In this document: positions 61,875 to 64,000 of the stretch, piece after piece | How positions within the stretch are numbered: the first letter of the stretch is position 1 | How the letters are laid out: every line of letters begins with the position of its first letter | Source: Adineta vaga | Taxonomy: Eukaryota > Animalia > Rotifera | DNA length: 64,000 nucleotides | Assembly (NCBI GenBank): GCA_021613535.1 | Contig: CP075496.1 | Location: forward strand, 868,001 to 932,000 | Direction of reading: 5' to 3' | The notes under the pieces: model-generated | Told to the model about the DNA's origin: nothing | Databases searched by the model: none | What the model saw: only the letters and a program-made list of their open reading frames with translations | Program-made: the position numbers and the translations under genes

Positions 61875-62528
61875 TTATTCAATAATATAACCAAAAAACC
61901 CGACAGGAGTTGTATGAAATCTATGATATAAAAAAAGTTCATTAAACACGTCACAAGCAATTAGAACAGCAGTTCGATCTTTATGTTTTTCAATTTCTGT
62001 TAGATTTACATACGGGATCATTAAATCTTTTGATGCATGTTGAACATTTCGTTTCATCCATTGAATATGAATAATATTCGAGATTTCTTCAATATAATCT
62101 TGATTAAATAAACGTTTACGACGAAGACCTTGTAAAACATATTTACAAGCAATACGAGCTGTTGCACGATTTTCTAATGCCCAATCGAAAGGTAATTCAT
62201 TATAATTCATATTTAAAATATCAACATAAATTAATGAAGAATTCTCACGTAATTGTGCAACTTTAAGATTTCGATGAACAAGACATGAACCGACAGTAAG
62301 AATCATTGGATAAATAAAATCGGATGAATTATAAAATGTTCGAGCTTTCGTTAATTTAAAACGATTTCTAACAAATGGATTTTTTTCAAGAAAACTTTTA
62401 CGCCAATTTAAATGAAAACGACTTGCAACATTTTGTACATAGAATCGAAAATCTTTTCGAATTGAAATTAATTCAACATTATAACCACAGAAAAGAATAA
62501 AATATATCACCAATGTTATTAGATGCAT
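61875..62528 (-). CDS. Secreted hypothetical protein with two RyR-repeat-like motifs, intronless
   Basis: Signal-like N-terminus; ASRFHLNWRK..YNELPFDWALENR and SNIIHIQWMKRN..LMIPYVNLTEIEKHKDR. Confidence 0.65.
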   Translation of the reverse strand: MHLITLVIYFILFCGYNVELISIRKDFRFYVQNVASRFHLNWRKSFLEKNPFVRNRFKLTKARTFYNSSDFIYPMILTVGSCLVHRNLKVAQLRENSSLIYVDILNMNYNELPFDWALENRATARIACKYVLQGLRRKRLFNQDYIEEISNIIHIQWMKRNVQHASKDLMIPYVNLTEIEKHKDRTAVLIACDVFNELFLYHRFHTTPVGFFGYIIE

Positions 62529-63634
62529 TCGACAATATGTTGATCAACTATCCGAGAAAGATTGTTACTTATCGTATTAGAGAAAATATTTCTATGTATC
62601 AATGACAGATTGATGATAACTTTCTCTTCTCTATTTGTTTTAGACAAGTATGTGCTATATAAATAATACAAGCTATAATATAGAAAGATATTATGACAGA
62701 TTTGTTTGAAGAATGATTATTTATTTTATAGAAAAATATTTAGTTCTTTTGAAGATCAAGAGATTTTAATCGATGACTTGACATCAATTTCATCAATCAT
62801 TTGAATAGATGAAAAATGATTTCAAAAATAACTTTGATTATTCAAGAAAAATACAACAGCTGACTTTCGTTTCACATCATGATTGGTAAATTAGAACTAA
62901 AGTTACTCGTATAATTACTAACACCTGACGTGTTATTTTAGTATCAAAACAACAATCATATTCAAAATATTAATTAATACAATGACTAATGTAGTGTAAA
63001 CAAAGACAATTGATTTTCTCAATCTACACGAAGTCCGAATACTTTAATATATATAACAGACTTTAACCAAATGATTACTTAATGCATAACCTTGTTTTTA
63101 TGTATATCTACTGACAATTAGCATAAGTAAAAGATAACTGTAATGAAATATGACAAGCAAATAAAACTCATTTCGGTACATGAAATGACATGTTGTCAAT
63201 CTATTTCGAGAAGTAAACTGTGGGATATGATATAATTCGAGCTAAATATCTCAACGTCAATCAGAAATAGTTATTGTAGGCGTTGAATTATAAAGAAAAA
63301 GAAAAAGAAAAAAAAATTGTTACCGAAAACGCCAAATATAAACGATCTAGAACTACTTTCTACCCACGCCTAATAGAAAGAAATATTCTATTCTAACCGA
63401 AGACAATAAATACCTCGCTAGACATACACAATTGTCTATTTTGTCAATTATTTTACTCAACAACTACTCCAGCTTTCACTCAACATTATCTAAAGAAACA
63501 AAGATGAAATAAATTAACGATTTAATCCATTAAATTCTTTATCATGATGAAAGATTTCATTTTTTACAATTAATTGAATTAACCCACATTTTGTTTTCTT
63601 TTTCTTATCTTTAGATAATATACTTAATTCAATA

Positions 63635-63977
63635 ATGTTTACACTCGAACAATTTCTTCAAAATACAACATGGAATCCAACATTGGATGAGGCTGGTGAA
63701 CCTGGCAAAAAACTTCTTCACATGCGTCTTCAAGTTAAACCCGGAACAACAGCAGAGAATTTAAATATTACACTCAATGGATTCGATTTACGTGTTAATT
63801 TTGAAAATAAAGGTAAAATATTTACTTTCAGTTTTTTCTATTATATTTTCTTTCGTGATTGTAGCTGGACCAGAATATAAACAAGTTACAATCTGGCCAA
63901 CAGCTGATCTTGAGAAATTAAAAACTGAATTGAAAGGTGATGGATATCTTCATATTACAGTACCAATTAAAGTTTAA
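63635..63977 (+). CDS. Minimal small heat-shock (HSP20/alpha-crystallin-like) protein, about 96 aa, 1 intron
   Basis: Spliced product ..LQVKPGTTAENLNITLNGFDLRVNFE..YKQVTIWPTADLEKLKTELKGDGYLHITVP (ACD-like ending DG.L.I.VP); intron about 63812-63863. Confidence 0.7.
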
Positions 63978-64000
63978 AGAACAAATATTTATCTAAACTT

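Noticed and set aside
63200-63400. Possible heat-shock elements upstream of the small HSP
   Set aside because: Only two-unit or mis-spaced nGAAn arrays, which are common in AT-rich DNA.

Overview
Very AT-rich eukaryotic DNA with many short (~50-60 nt) GT-AG introns. The intron style, intron-bearing genes of bacterial or fungal type and TGAGGG/TGTGGG repeats point to a bdelloid rotifer (inference). Genes in order: capicua (CIC), ALG9, four identical tRNA-Arg(UCG), a ligand-binding-domain-only nuclear receptor, a DUF2252 gene, Nup58, a LURP-one-like pseudogene missed by the ORF track, TDRD9/spindle-E, a ~4.5 kb repeat-rich island (decayed coiled-coil gene, nested MITEs, telomere-like repeats, a perfect palindrome), a DUF3431 pseudogene, an intronless SUSD2/Mesh-like gene, two GT31 galactosyltransferases (the second truncated), a GALNT, two convergent lachesin/IgLON-like genes, a uronate-dehydrogenase-like SDR, an M14 carboxypeptidase, a secreted RyR-repeat-like protein and a minimal small HSP. 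The main signals are: (i) about five candidate horizontally acquired genes at different stages of domestication or decay; (ii) an inverted duplication joining a tRNA to a copy of the CIC C1 exon; (iii) a hAT-type MITE flanked by a hairpin-like palindrome; (iv) gene conversion between the GT31 paralogues. I cannot demonstrate a single new multi-gene system. Gene spans run from start to stop and include introns. Family calls come from motif recognition, not database searches.
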